Below, piece after piece: positions 1 to 9,927 of a stretch of 64,000 nucleotides of DNA (its first letter is position 1; every line of letters begins with the position of its first letter). Below the pieces are notes generated by a model. It saw only the letters and a program-made list of their open reading frames with translations, was not told the origin of the DNA and made no database searches. The translations under genes and the position numbers were made by a program. Location of the stretch: the NCBI GenBank assembly GCA_019057385.1, contig JAHQJS010000006.1:32001-96000 (forward strand), written 5' to 3'. This DNA comes from Candidatus Borrarchaeum weybense. Its GTDB lineage: Archaea > Asgardarchaeota > Sifarchaeia > Borrarchaeales > Borrarchaeaceae.

Positions 1-1042
1 GTTCTCTTAAAAAAGTGAAATCTGTTGAGCCCTTAGCAAGGGCATGAATTGCACGTAAGTCATTTAATAGCCATCTTGCTTTTATACCACATTTATAATT
101 CAATACCGGTTCAATGTCACCTTCGACAGCCATCTTATACAATAAAAATGGAAAGTCCACGCCAGAATAAATTGCTAGTGGTAGCGATCCCCAAAATCTG
201 GGATTTACCTCAATTAAAACAGGCGTTTTATCTCTTTTATCAACTTTAAATTCTACCATTGCGACTCCATGCCACTCTAAGTACCTAAGTAGTTCGATTG
301 CTATTTTTTCCATTTTTGGATTTCTTACACTCTCTCTTAATGTACTTGGGCCTCCAGTTATGGGATATTGTCTTAAACGCTTATGTGTGAAAAAAGCTCG
401 TAGATCTCCTCTATTAAATAATAATGAGACACCATAACTAATCCCTGGGATATACGCTTGAATTAGAGGATAATTATTTGATTTAAGATTAAATTTTGCG
501 ATTGTTTCTTTATATTTAGTGATCAATTCGTTTTTTGATAACGCATATGAAAGACCGATACTTCCTACGCCCTCTTTTAATTTTATAACAACAGGATAGT
601 CTATCGTATCAGCGATTTTCCGAAGTTGTTCGATTTTCTTTATAATATGTGTTTTTGGAATACGGATTTGTAATTCATTAGCAATTTTTGATAACTCTTC
701 TTTATTGTGAGCTTTCATAATCGCTTTATAATCGTGAAAGGGCACTTTGATAAATTGAATTAATTTTTCTTTGTATTTTACAATTGTATACGTTTCTGGA
801 GAATTAAAAGGTAATATTACTTCATGTTTATCAGTTTTAATAACCTTAATAATTGTTTTAATGAACTGGATTGGGTTTTTATTAGCTGAGGGGTAAAGAA
901 AATGCTTTTTTGAATACTTTGAAAAAAAGGCTGGAGCAAACTTCTCATCACTTGATGTTGTAACGTAAATTCCCTTTCTACCGAAATTTCGGATGGATGC
1001 AATAGTTTTTGGACTATTACCACTGAGTATCAAAACACTCAA
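1..1042 (-). CDS. ATP-grasp (carboxylate-amine ligase) protein, 3' end runs off the window
   Basis: Missing from the ORF track because there is no stop in the window. Manual translation from TTG at 1042 (SD AGGTGA upstream): MSVLILSGNSPKTIASIRNFGRKGI...YPVVIK...LIQAYIPG...HGVAMVEFK...LIEVNPRFWGS, typical ATP-grasp motifs. Confidence 0.9.
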   Translation of the reverse strand, partial: MSVLILSGNSPKTIASIRNFGRKGIYVTTSSDEKFAPAFFSKYSKKHFLYPSANKNPIQFIKTIIKVIKTDKHEVILPFNSPETYTIVKYKEKLIQFIKVPFHDYKAIMKAHNKEELSKIANELQIRIPKTHIIKKIEQLRKIADTIDYPVVIKLKEGVGSIGLSYALSKNELITKYKETIAKFNLKSNNYPLIQAYIPGISYGVSLLFNRGDLRAFFTHKRLRQYPITGGPSTLRESVRNPKMEKIAIELLRYLEWHGVAMVEFKVDKRDKTPVLIEVNPRFWGSLPLAIYSGVDFPFLLYKMAVEGDIEPVLNYKCGIKARWLLNDLRAIHALAKGSTDFTFLRE

Positions 1043-1046
1043 TGTA

Positions 1047-1646
1047 TCACCTATTAGATAACTCTCTTATATTATCCATTCTATTATTCTTTTGAAAAAT
1101 GAATAGCTTAAAACATGAAGAAACAATGTTTTTAGTTTTAATAAGCAGTGTATTACTCGCAATTTTCATTAATTCTTGTCCATTGAATGCACAATGTAAT
1201 TTTCTTTGTTCATTTAATAAGAGACCGAAGAGACCTAGTATTTTCCAGAATAATCCGTCAGCTATTGATATAAGAAGATGTCCGCTCGGTTGCAGTACTT
1301 TCATACATGATTGAAATACTTTCATGGGATCGGAAGTATGTTCAATTACTCCTAACAGATATATTGAATCAAAAGTATTTGCTTTATATGGCAAATACGT
1401 AGCATCGCATATCTGAAAATTATTGCTTGAAAACTTAGGCTTACCTTTAATATCACATAAATATATTTCTTTAACGTGTGGTTGTAGAATTTTATAAAGA
1501 ATTCCGCTTCCACACCCTACGTCTAAGACTATCTTGTTTTGATAATAACTCTTCATTTTTCGTATAGCCATTAGTTGTTTTTGCGCATAATATTTTGTGA
1601 ATAAGGTTCTTTGCGAATGAATATAAAGATTAATTGAACTAGCCAT
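1047..1646 (-). CDS. Class I SAM-dependent methyltransferase
   Basis: VLDVGCGSG motif I, CDATYLPY, VIEH, LQPSG. Confidence 0.9.
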   Translation of the reverse strand: MASSINLYIHSQRTLFTKYYAQKQLMAIRKMKSYYQNKIVLDVGCGSGILYKILQPHVKEIYLCDIKGKPKFSSNNFQICDATYLPYKANTFDSIYLLGVIEHTSDPMKVFQSCMKVLQPSGHLLISIADGLFWKILGLFGLLLNEQRKLHCAFNGQELMKIASNTLLIKTKNIVSSCFKLFIFQKNNRMDNIRELSNR

Positions 1647-1930
1647 CTAACAGACACCCGGCTATAATATGCATTCTAAACTTTGGTATAAACTCTATAT
1701 CTTCTAAAATCCCTTTTTCTTCATTATTTAGAACGATAAACAAACAATTCGGTAATTAGGTAGTCTCCGTGAATATACATGAATATATTGAAAACGTTTC
1801 TTTTAATTAATGAATGCAAAACTGTACATATCCTTTATTATAATTAAAATCGATTCTGTTTTCGTTCACATAGGTATTTCAAGCATTATATCTTTGTTAT
1901 AAAATTCATATAAACGAAAGTGAAGATTAA

Positions 1931-3280
1931 ATGCCAATAGAATTTAAGATTAGTAGTAACAAACTATTCTTATTGGCGAACCAGCTTTTAAAAGACTACA
2001 AGAATGATGTGGATTCATTAACTCTGAGTTTTGGGAATGATGGAGATATCTCATTATGTCGAGGTAAGGTTCCCTATAATGATTTCATAGAATTTGAACA
2101 TCATCCAATCACAGAGTTATTATTCAAACGAGAAATTACCAAGAAAATCAAAGTAAACACCTTAGTCGAGAAAAACAGATTGAGAGGCGAATATATAGCA
2201 AAATTTTCTGATGGGACTCCTGCGATTTCAATAAAGGGAAATCGAATATTTTTCAACTTTAATATATTGGAAGCCATTTATAATGAGTTAATGGAAAATT
2301 CGGTGCAAAAGGATGTCACTTACAAAAAAATTTTAATGACAAAGATCTACTGGGCGTTCCCTAAAGTATTTAGAAGACAAGTTAGAAAAGCGTACCGTAA
2401 AAGAAAAACTCATCTTAGACCACCCCCCATGTTTTTTATTGGCACAACAGCAAATATTTTGATTTATTTGCTCGAAAAAATGATCGAAGAACTTACTGGA
2501 AAAACTAGAGTATACCGACCTACTTGTATTATATCACATGATGTTGATTTGAATTACTGTCAAACAAAAGGCGTTGATATTCTATTTGATATCGAAAAGA
2601 AAAACCATGTGTCTTCAACATGGTTTTTTACACCTCATCATAAAGACTTTCCCCTAAATTGTAAAAGGGTTAAGTATCTCTTTAATAACGGCTTTGAGAT
2701 TGGTGTTCATGGATATACCCACGATGGATTATTAGATAAAATTAGTCCAGATAAGAGGAAAAAGCGATTAAAATTTGCTTTAAAAGAACTTAGCGCGTGT
2801 AAAATTGAAACTTTTGGTTTTAGAAGTCCCTGGATGCTAAGAACAAATGATTTATGGCAATTAATCGATAATATAGGTTATATTTACGATTCTAGTTATC
2901 CTGATAAGGATACATTGTCACTTACGGGATTACCTGGTGTTAATTTCAATCGTCCATTTCACCCCATCATAAATGTCCAAAATTGCTGGCGACAATTAAA
3001 CTTAATAGAATTTCCAGTGAGTTATCCCCAAGATGTCCAAATCTTGGAAGATTACAACTTAGAGGATTCCGAAGCATTCGCATACTGGAAGACCAAGATT
3101 GATTTTATTAAAGACTTCCATGGATTTTTTATATGGCATACTCATCCAATTCAAATAAATAGTCGATTAAAGTTATTTCAAAAAACAATTGATTATTTGA
3201 AAAGAGAAAAATTCTTCTTTTCATCCTTTAAAGATGAAAGTTTAGCATTGCTAAAAACGAAAAAAGAGGAAACCACATAA
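1931..3280 (+). CDS. Polysaccharide deacetylase (CE4/NodB-like) family protein
   Basis: SHDVD, EIGVHGYTH, GFRSP, YDSS, HTHP motifs in the C-terminal half. Confidence 0.85.
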   Translation: MPIEFKISSNKLFLLANQLLKDYKNDVDSLTLSFGNDGDISLCRGKVPYNDFIEFEHHPITELLFKREITKKIKVNTLVEKNRLRGEYIAKFSDGTPAISIKGNRIFFNFNILEAIYNELMENSVQKDVTYKKILMTKIYWAFPKVFRRQVRKAYRKRKTHLRPPPMFFIGTTANILIYLLEKMIEELTGKTRVYRPTCIISHDVDLNYCQTKGVDILFDIEKKNHVSSTWFFTPHHKDFPLNCKRVKYLFNNGFEIGVHGYTHDGLLDKISPDKRKKRLKFALKELSACKIETFGFRSPWMLRTNDLWQLIDNIGYIYDSSYPDKDTLSLTGLPGVNFNRPFHPIINVQNCWRQLNLIEFPVSYPQDVQILEDYNLEDSEAFAYWKTKIDFIKDFHGFFIWHTHPIQINSRLKLFQKTIDYLKREKFFFSSFKDESLALLKTKKEETT

Positions 3281-3406
3281 ACTCAAAAAGTAGAACCTTA
3301 AATGATGCCTTAATTCACAGGAAGAAAGTCATTTCACATTTCGGTCTACTGTAAAGCTGTGGTGCTTTCTTGCTCTATAGGTGTAAGAAAAGTTAAGGTA
3401 TTTAAA

Positions 3407-4567
3407 ATGGAAGAAAAAAGACCTATTGCAGCATTGATTTCCTATTACCAGGCTTCAGAATATGGAGGTTTTTACAAATATGTTCACCAATTAATAGAAA
3501 GTATAGCAGAGTGCGGAGTTAAAGTTCATCTTGTAGTTAAGAGAGACAAGAACCTCTCAAAATTAGAAAAATTACCTAATATTTTCATTCATTACATTAA
3601 CACTCATAGAAAAGCTCTATTCGCGTTATATAGCATATTTATGATTATTAAAATAACAATTAAGTTCAGAATTCAGATTTTTCATTCTCATGGAGTGGAT
3701 GAAGGCGTTCTTAACAATATAATAAAGTCTGTTTTTCGAAGAAAGCAGATAGTTTCCATTCGTGTCAATTGGTGGACTTGGTTAAAAGTTAGAAAAGAGA
3801 ATTCAAAGCGTATTGGTCGACTAATATTTAGTCTCTATTTAATAATTTCTCCCATTCTTATTAGAAGAGCAGACGCCCTTATAATTACTAATAAATACCT
3901 TCAAAAGACAACATCGAAGATCTCTAAAGGAAAACCTGCATTATTAAAATATAATACCATAAAGACAGATATGTTTGATCCTGATCAAATTGCTACTAGT
4001 TTAAAGAATGATATTTCAGTAACTGGCTATGTAGTCATGTATGTTGGACGATTGCTTCCATATAAGGGTGCAGAATATCTGATAAAGGCAATAACTTATG
4101 TAAAAGAAATCCATCCAGATGTCCTACTCATTTTAATAGGCGATGGTTCTCAAAAGATCTTTTTAGAAAGGCTAGTAGAACAAGAAAAACTACTAAAAAA
4201 TGTTCTATTTGCTGGTTATCAAAGAAATATTGCTGAATGGTTGAGCATAACAGATGTTTTTGTACTCCCCTCTCTTACTGAGGGCTCATCAAATGCTCTT
4301 CTAGAAGCAATGAGTATGCGTCTCCCTGTAATAGCAACAAGAGTAGGTAGTGCTCCTGATATAATTAAGCATTTACAAAATGGGCTTCTTGTTGAACCTA
4401 AAAATGCAAAACAAATTGCAGAATACATAAATATCCTGCTAGAAAATAGAGTTCTTGCAAATAAAATTGGAAAGAATGCAAGGAATACTGTAATTAAAAA
4501 TTTCAGCCAATTTGCAGTCTGTGATATACTCGCTTTTTATGACAAATTACTTGGGTTTGATAAATGA
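3407..4567 (+). CDS. GT4 glycosyltransferase
   Basis: YVGRLLPYKG, VFVLPSLTEGSSNALLEAM. ATG 3407 preferred over the track start at 3359. Confidence 0.92.
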   Translation: MEEKRPIAALISYYQASEYGGFYKYVHQLIESIAECGVKVHLVVKRDKNLSKLEKLPNIFIHYINTHRKALFALYSIFMIIKITIKFRIQIFHSHGVDEGVLNNIIKSVFRRKQIVSIRVNWWTWLKVRKENSKRIGRLIFSLYLIISPILIRRADALIITNKYLQKTTSKISKGKPALLKYNTIKTDMFDPDQIATSLKNDISVTGYVVMYVGRLLPYKGAEYLIKAITYVKEIHPDVLLILIGDGSQKIFLERLVEQEKLLKNVLFAGYQRNIAEWLSITDVFVLPSLTEGSSNALLEAMSMRLPVIATRVGSAPDIIKHLQNGLLVEPKNAKQIAEYINILLENRVLANKIGKNARNTVIKNFSQFAVCDILAFYDKLLGFDK

Positions 4568-4660
4568 CCGAACTTTTCAGAACTATAGAACTACCTTTTA
4601 TGATTTTCTATTTATATAGTCGTGCATTTAGATAATTTTATGTGAAAAGAGGTCCAACAG

Positions 4661-5842
4661 ATGAATGTCTCACGGAAACTATCCAAGAGATCTCATAAGC
4701 ACGCTTTTAGAATTTTATTCATTGCCCCTCGATTTTATCCTTTTTGCTCTGGAGGGACTGAGATCGCTTCATATAATTTAACCGAAGAACTAATTAAAAA
4801 GGGAAATAAGGTGTTTGTAATAACTTCAAAAAAAGATAAGAACGTTATTGAAACACCTCCTATCTCTTCACAGGTTTATCTTATTAATACGACAAATATT
4901 CCTTTACTAAGAGGAGTTATTTTTATCATTAAACTGTTTAATCACATGCTTGCATTGAAGGATAAAATAGATCTCATACACGCACAAACAGTTAATATGG
5001 GCTTCATTGCAGGCATATTTGGAAAAGTTATAAACAGGCCAGTAATATCATGGGCTAGAGGTGCAGATATTTACAATCATTTTGGTTCTCTTCATTTCAG
5101 ATTCATACTAAAGTGGCTTAAGAATAATGTAAGAATAATTGCCCTCACTCAAGACTTAAAGAAAAAAATGAGGCAAATTATAACACCTTCAAGAATAAAT
5201 GTAATACCTAATGGGGTACATGTCCAAAGAAAAGACTATTCTAAAGTAAAACTGATTAGAAAACTTAAGATTGATCAAGATATATTCTCAATTAAATTAA
5301 TCTTGTATGTTGGTAGATTAATTAGTTTTAAAGGACTAACTTACCTTATTAAGTCCGTTCCTCTTATTTTGGCGAAAAATCCAGAAGCATATTTCCTGAT
5401 CGTGGGTAATGGTCCTCAGAAACGGGATTTAATAAGACTATGTCGTCAATTAAATATTATGGCTCATTTTCGGTTTATTAATAACTTAACTCAAGAATGG
5501 GTTTCAAGATTTATGAACTGCGTTGACATTTTCGTATATCCTACTCTTAGGGGACAGGGAATGAGTAATGCCGTTTTAGAAGCAATGGCTTCGAAACTAC
5601 CTGTTGTGGCTACAAATGTTGGAGGTTTACCAGAAATTATTTCTAATGGAAAGAATGGGTTATTAGTACCATCAAGAGATGTTGATCGTCTTGCCTCAAC
5701 TATATCCATGTTACTTTCCAATGAAAGTTTATGCAAAAAACTAGGATTAAAAGCTAGAAAAAAGGCCATTGAAAGATATTGTTGGTCTATTATTACAGAC
5801 AAACTACTCAACGTTTATATTGATTTAATTCGAGACGATTAG
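4661..5842 (+). CDS. GT4 glycosyltransferase
   Basis: SGGTE, YVGRLISFKG, GQGMSNAVLEAMAS, ATNVGGLPE. Confidence 0.92.
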   Translation: MNVSRKLSKRSHKHAFRILFIAPRFYPFCSGGTEIASYNLTEELIKKGNKVFVITSKKDKNVIETPPISSQVYLINTTNIPLLRGVIFIIKLFNHMLALKDKIDLIHAQTVNMGFIAGIFGKVINRPVISWARGADIYNHFGSLHFRFILKWLKNNVRIIALTQDLKKKMRQIITPSRINVIPNGVHVQRKDYSKVKLIRKLKIDQDIFSIKLILYVGRLISFKGLTYLIKSVPLILAKNPEAYFLIVGNGPQKRDLIRLCRQLNIMAHFRFINNLTQEWVSRFMNCVDIFVYPTLRGQGMSNAVLEAMASKLPVVATNVGGLPEIISNGKNGLLVPSRDVDRLASTISMLLSNESLCKKLGLKARKKAIERYCWSIITDKLLNVYIDLIRDD

Positions 5843-6012
5843 AAATTTTTAATATTTTAAAAATGCTTTAAATTTTAGATTACAAGATTTTTAAGGTCTC
5901 CTTGAGTTAAAACATACAGACAACTCATTAATTATGTAATCTGTCGCACACAGAATTATTCAAAAATTCAGATAAAAACAGGAAAACAAGATCTTCTTGG
6001 AGGGTGTAACTA

Positions 6013-7695
6013 ATTAGAGAGATATACACCAAAGTCGCATTTAATCAGATTCCTCGACTTTTAAGTCTAATCGACAAAAATGAGTTTTCAAAGACTTATG
6101 GATGTTTTGACAGAGAGTACTGGCATTATAAGATACATGATTTTCCTTGTGCTCGTCTTCAGGAAGCAAGCTTAACTTTGGCTTTAATATATGCAAAAGC
6201 ATATCCCGAAAACCCCTGGTACAATAGTGATTTTATTAGAAAATTATCTATTGGCAGTATAAACTACTGGTGTAAAATGCAGCATAAAGATGGAACTTTT
6301 GATGAATGGTACCCAAATGAACACAGTCATGTAGCTACATGTTTTTCAACGTATGCCATAGCGGAAGCAATACAACTTCTCCTAAAAGAAATTTCTAAAA
6401 GCTATTTAAAGAAATTCCTCACTCATTTAAAGAGGGCAGCAAATTGGCTAGTTAAAAATAATGATTTTAGTGTAATGAATCATCAGGCAGGAAGTGCCCT
6501 CGCTCTTTTAACTATTTATGAGCTTACTAACGATAAAAAATATCTGGAATCCGCTCTTGAAAAAAACAATTTGGTTATCAAAGCACAATCAAGAGAAGGT
6601 TGGTTTTCTGAGTATGGTGCGGCAGATACTGGATATTTAACGCTTTTATTGTATTATCTAAGTATTTTTTATGAAAAAACTGGAGACACAGCATTAATAA
6701 AACCCTTAGAACAGATAATTGGATTTATTAGTTATTTTGTTCATCCCGATCTGAGTTTTGGAGGAGAATATAATAGTAGAGACACAACGTTTTATATTCC
6801 TACAGGTTTTGAGGTATTAGCCAGTGAAATACCTCTTGCAAGAAAAATTGGAGATTTGTATTTGAATGCGTTAGAAAGAGAAAAAATTCTCGCTCCATAT
6901 TCAGAAGACGATAGATATGTTTGTTATGATCTATACAGATATTTACAAGCATATGATTTTTATAAAAAAAATGGCAAAAAAGCCATTCTACCTTTTGAAA
7001 AAGAAGATAATCTCTTTAAGTTTTTTAGCGAGGCAAAGCTTCTTGTAGTAAAGATAAACGATTACTATTCTTTAATAGGAGGCTCTAAAGGTGGAATAAT
7101 CAAGATATTTGATATTCCAAAGAGAAAACTAGTGTATAGCGATTGTGGGATTATTGGAATGGATGAAACTTCAATATTTGGAATTCAGAAATTAGACTCT
7201 TCTTATGAAGTTACTATAGATTCATTAAATAAAGAATTTGAAATTCATACAAACCTAAGGAGGATTTATCAAAAATATTCAAATTTAAAAAGAAAGATTC
7301 TGTTTTATGTTTCTTTACTAATAACTGAAACCTTACAGCAAAGTAATTTTATAAAAAGTTTGATGAGAAAGCAGCTAATACATAAAAAATCAGAAAACAT
7401 AGCTACTGTTCATCGCAAGATAAGATTTGGTGATGAAACAATTGTTGTGATCGATAAAATTGCCCCGTGTAAAGATAGTAAGCCAAAAAAGTTTGGAATT
7501 TCCGAAAAATTTTCTTGGATTTTTAGCGCATCAGCAAATCAATTTGATAACTTTGATCATTTTTTTCTTAAAATCAGAAATCTTGACTCCTCTAAATTAT
7601 CTAGCCTAACTAAGGGAAGACATTATACAGTTTTAAGAGAAATTAATCCATTAAGTCAGACAATAAAATGGTCTATTGAAATCAATAATATTTGA
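6013..7695 (+). CDS. Uncharacterised (alpha/alpha)-toroid plus beta-sandwich protein with heparinase II/III-like architecture; probable ATT start
   Basis: Frame is open 55 codons upstream of the track start (IREIY...YGCFDREYWHYKIHDFPCARLQE), bounded by in-frame TAA 6007-6009. SD GGAGGGTG precedes ATT 6013. Motifs QHKDGTFDEW, MNHQAG, EGWFSEYG. Confidence 0.75.
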   Translation: MREIYTKVAFNQIPRLLSLIDKNEFSKTYGCFDREYWHYKIHDFPCARLQEASLTLALIYAKAYPENPWYNSDFIRKLSIGSINYWCKMQHKDGTFDEWYPNEHSHVATCFSTYAIAEAIQLLLKEISKSYLKKFLTHLKRAANWLVKNNDFSVMNHQAGSALALLTIYELTNDKKYLESALEKNNLVIKAQSREGWFSEYGAADTGYLTLLLYYLSIFYEKTGDTALIKPLEQIIGFISYFVHPDLSFGGEYNSRDTTFYIPTGFEVLASEIPLARKIGDLYLNALEREKILAPYSEDDRYVCYDLYRYLQAYDFYKKNGKKAILPFEKEDNLFKFFSEAKLLVVKINDYYSLIGGSKGGIIKIFDIPKRKLVYSDCGIIGMDETSIFGIQKLDSSYEVTIDSLNKEFEIHTNLRRIYQKYSNLKRKILFYVSLLITETLQQSNFIKSLMRKQLIHKKSENIATVHRKIRFGDETIVVIDKIAPCKDSKPKKFGISEKFSWIFSASANQFDNFDHFFLKIRNLDSSKLSSLTKGRHYTVLREINPLSQTIKWSIEINNI

Positions 7696-7716
7696 CTTTG
7701 CTTTGGAGTACTATAA

Positions 7717-8346
7717 ATGAAAAAAAATGTTTTTAAATCCGGCAAATACGATCCGATAAGACGGCTAGAACACTGGAATCCTCTAATTAGGAAGGCATAT
7801 ATGAACAGATTTATTGTATGCTTTGAACAATTAAAAAAGGTTAATGGAAAACTTTTGGAGTTAGGCATTGGTAGTGGATATACTATACCGCACCTTATTC
7901 ATAAAGGATTTCACATTTTTGGCTTAGATCTTCATAAAAAACTTTCGATTTTTAAAAAAATATATCAAAATTCTAATATTTTCTTGATAAGAGCTGATGC
8001 GCAAAAATTACCTTTCATAACTCATTCTTTTGACTTCCTAATAGCTATAAGTCTATTAGAGCACCTAAATGAACCTGAAAAAACTTTAATTGAAATTAGA
8101 AGAGTTCTAAAAGAAGATGGTGAAGTGAATTTTGGAATTCCAGTAAAAAATCTCCTAACACAACTTTGGTTTTTATTATCCAGATCTCCTGCAGCAGAGG
8201 AACATAAATCACACAAAATTCTTCTCAAATTGATCAGAAAAAACTTCAAAGTGCTGAATGAAGTGAAATTATCATTTGTTTTTTCACATCTGAGCTATTA
8301 TATCGTATTACGCTGTAAAAAGTTAGTCACTACCGAAGATAAATGA
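7717..8346 (+). CDS. Class I SAM-dependent methyltransferase
   Basis: LLELGIGSG, ADAQKLPF, LLEHL, RRVLKEDG. Confidence 0.9.
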   Translation: MKKNVFKSGKYDPIRRLEHWNPLIRKAYMNRFIVCFEQLKKVNGKLLELGIGSGYTIPHLIHKGFHIFGLDLHKKLSIFKKIYQNSNIFLIRADAQKLPFITHSFDFLIAISLLEHLNEPEKTLIEIRRVLKEDGEVNFGIPVKNLLTQLWFLLSRSPAAEEHKSHKILLKLIRKNFKVLNEVKLSFVFSHLSYYIVLRCKKLVTTEDK

Positions 8347-9771
8347 GATAACGGCCATTGCACTTTTGAATTCTGCTTTGAGTGAATTAATATCTTTAAT
8401 TTTCTTTATTCTTTCGAAAATATATGAAGGTCTTAAATAGAAATCTTTATACGCGACTCTAAGAGTTTTTGAAAGATCGGTACCGTCAAGATCAGTAAAC
8501 AATTCGTTATAATATGAGTGCGTGTGAACCATGTCTAATTCCCACTCTGTTCCATCAATTTTGTTATATCCTAGTTTCTTTACTACGAAATCAAAGATTG
8601 GAGTACCAGGATATGGTGTCATAATGCCATATGTCACAGTTGTGGGCTTAATTTCTTTTAAGAAATCCATTGTGGTCTTGATTGATGCTTTAGTTTCACC
8701 AGGACAACCAATCATTAGATGAGCATGTACTTTAATGCCTACTTCTCTACTGATCTTCAATGTTTTTCTTGTCATTTCTAGTGTAATACCCTTTTTTAGA
8801 TTATCTAATATCTTCTGACTTCCGCTTTCAACTCCTATTTTTAAAGTATGACATCCTGCTCTTTTCATTAGTTGAATTATTTCCTTGTTCATTGTTCCAA
8901 CTCTAGCGTTACATAACCAAGAAATATCTAACTTCCGATCAATTATTTCTTTACAGATTTGAACATTTCTTTTTCTATTCATAGTAAACGTTTCATCCCG
9001 GTAAAAAACTTCTTTGTATCCAAGAGATATAAGATATTCAATTTCATCAACGACATTTTTAGCAGACCGCTGTCGATATTTTCCAAAGAATATCGGTGAT
9101 ATACAGAAAATACATTTGCCACCACAACCTCTTGAGGAAATTGCGGTTGTCCAAGGATGTTTCTCAATAAGAGGGTGAAAATAGTCTAAATCATTCGGTA
9201 ACATTGTTCTGTCTGGAAAAGGCAAACTATCTAAATTCTCGATCCAGTTTTTCTTTTTATCGATTAAAATCGAATTATTATGTTTGAATCCAATTCCTGT
9301 AATGTCTCTCAAATTCTTTCCAGCAATGATATCTCTAACAGCGTATTCAGCATCTCCTAAAACTACAAAATCTATTTCTGGATTCTTTAAACATCTTTTT
9401 GGGAAAAATGTAGGATATGAACCAAAAATAATTGTTTTTATGTTTAGATTCCTTTTCCTTATTTGGTGGATGGTTTCTACGTCTTCCCTAAAGGTTATGT
9501 TTGATGTTGAAATTACAACAAAATCATATTCCTTTTTAAGCGAGGCCATAAATTCCTTGCGAGAATTATATATCGCACTAGCATCAATAAAGTCTACTGG
9601 AATCCCTAACTCTTTAATAACTGTTGCAACGTAAAGATTATTTGTAGGAGGTGCTTCTGCATTCGCAATACGTTTACCAGTGCACCAGCAACTAAATAGA
9701 AGATCCCTAACAACATTAGACATGCGATTTGACGGTGGTGTTAAAACTAGTACTCTCAAACGTTGCACCAA
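8323..9771 (-). CDS. Cobalamin-binding radical SAM enzyme (class B / HpnJ-BchE-like)
   Basis: N-terminal B12-binding region, SRGCGGKCIFC (CxxxCxxC), DETFT, GVESGSQ, IGCPGET, TPYPGT. Confidence 0.9.
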   Translation of the reverse strand: MVQRLRVLVLTPPSNRMSNVVRDLLFSCWCTGKRIANAEAPPTNNLYVATVIKELGIPVDFIDASAIYNSRKEFMASLKKEYDFVVISTSNITFREDVETIHQIRKRNLNIKTIIFGSYPTFFPKRCLKNPEIDFVVLGDAEYAVRDIIAGKNLRDITGIGFKHNNSILIDKKKNWIENLDSLPFPDRTMLPNDLDYFHPLIEKHPWTTAISSRGCGGKCIFCISPIFFGKYRQRSAKNVVDEIEYLISLGYKEVFYRDETFTMNRKRNVQICKEIIDRKLDISWLCNARVGTMNKEIIQLMKRAGCHTLKIGVESGSQKILDNLKKGITLEMTRKTLKISREVGIKVHAHLMIGCPGETKASIKTTMDFLKEIKPTTVTYGIMTPYPGTPIFDFVVKKLGYNKIDGTEWELDMVHTHSYYNELFTDLDGTDLSKTLRVAYKDFYLRPSYIFERIKKIKDINSLKAEFKSAMAVISFIFGSD

Positions 9772-9927
9772 AATACGAATTTATAATATGAGCTTAACAT
9801 GCTTTAGGAAAGCATTATATTTAACTTCTTTATTTGAATTTTTCGTATAAATTGTCAGAACGTCCATTAACTTTTTATATATGCTATTTAAATTCATATT
9901 CGGGTTAGAAGAAGCGAGAGTGTAAAT

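Noticed and set aside
817-1023. 68-aa minus-strand ORF in the track
   Set aside because: Wrong frame; the real gene is the overlapping ATP-grasp frame starting at 1042.
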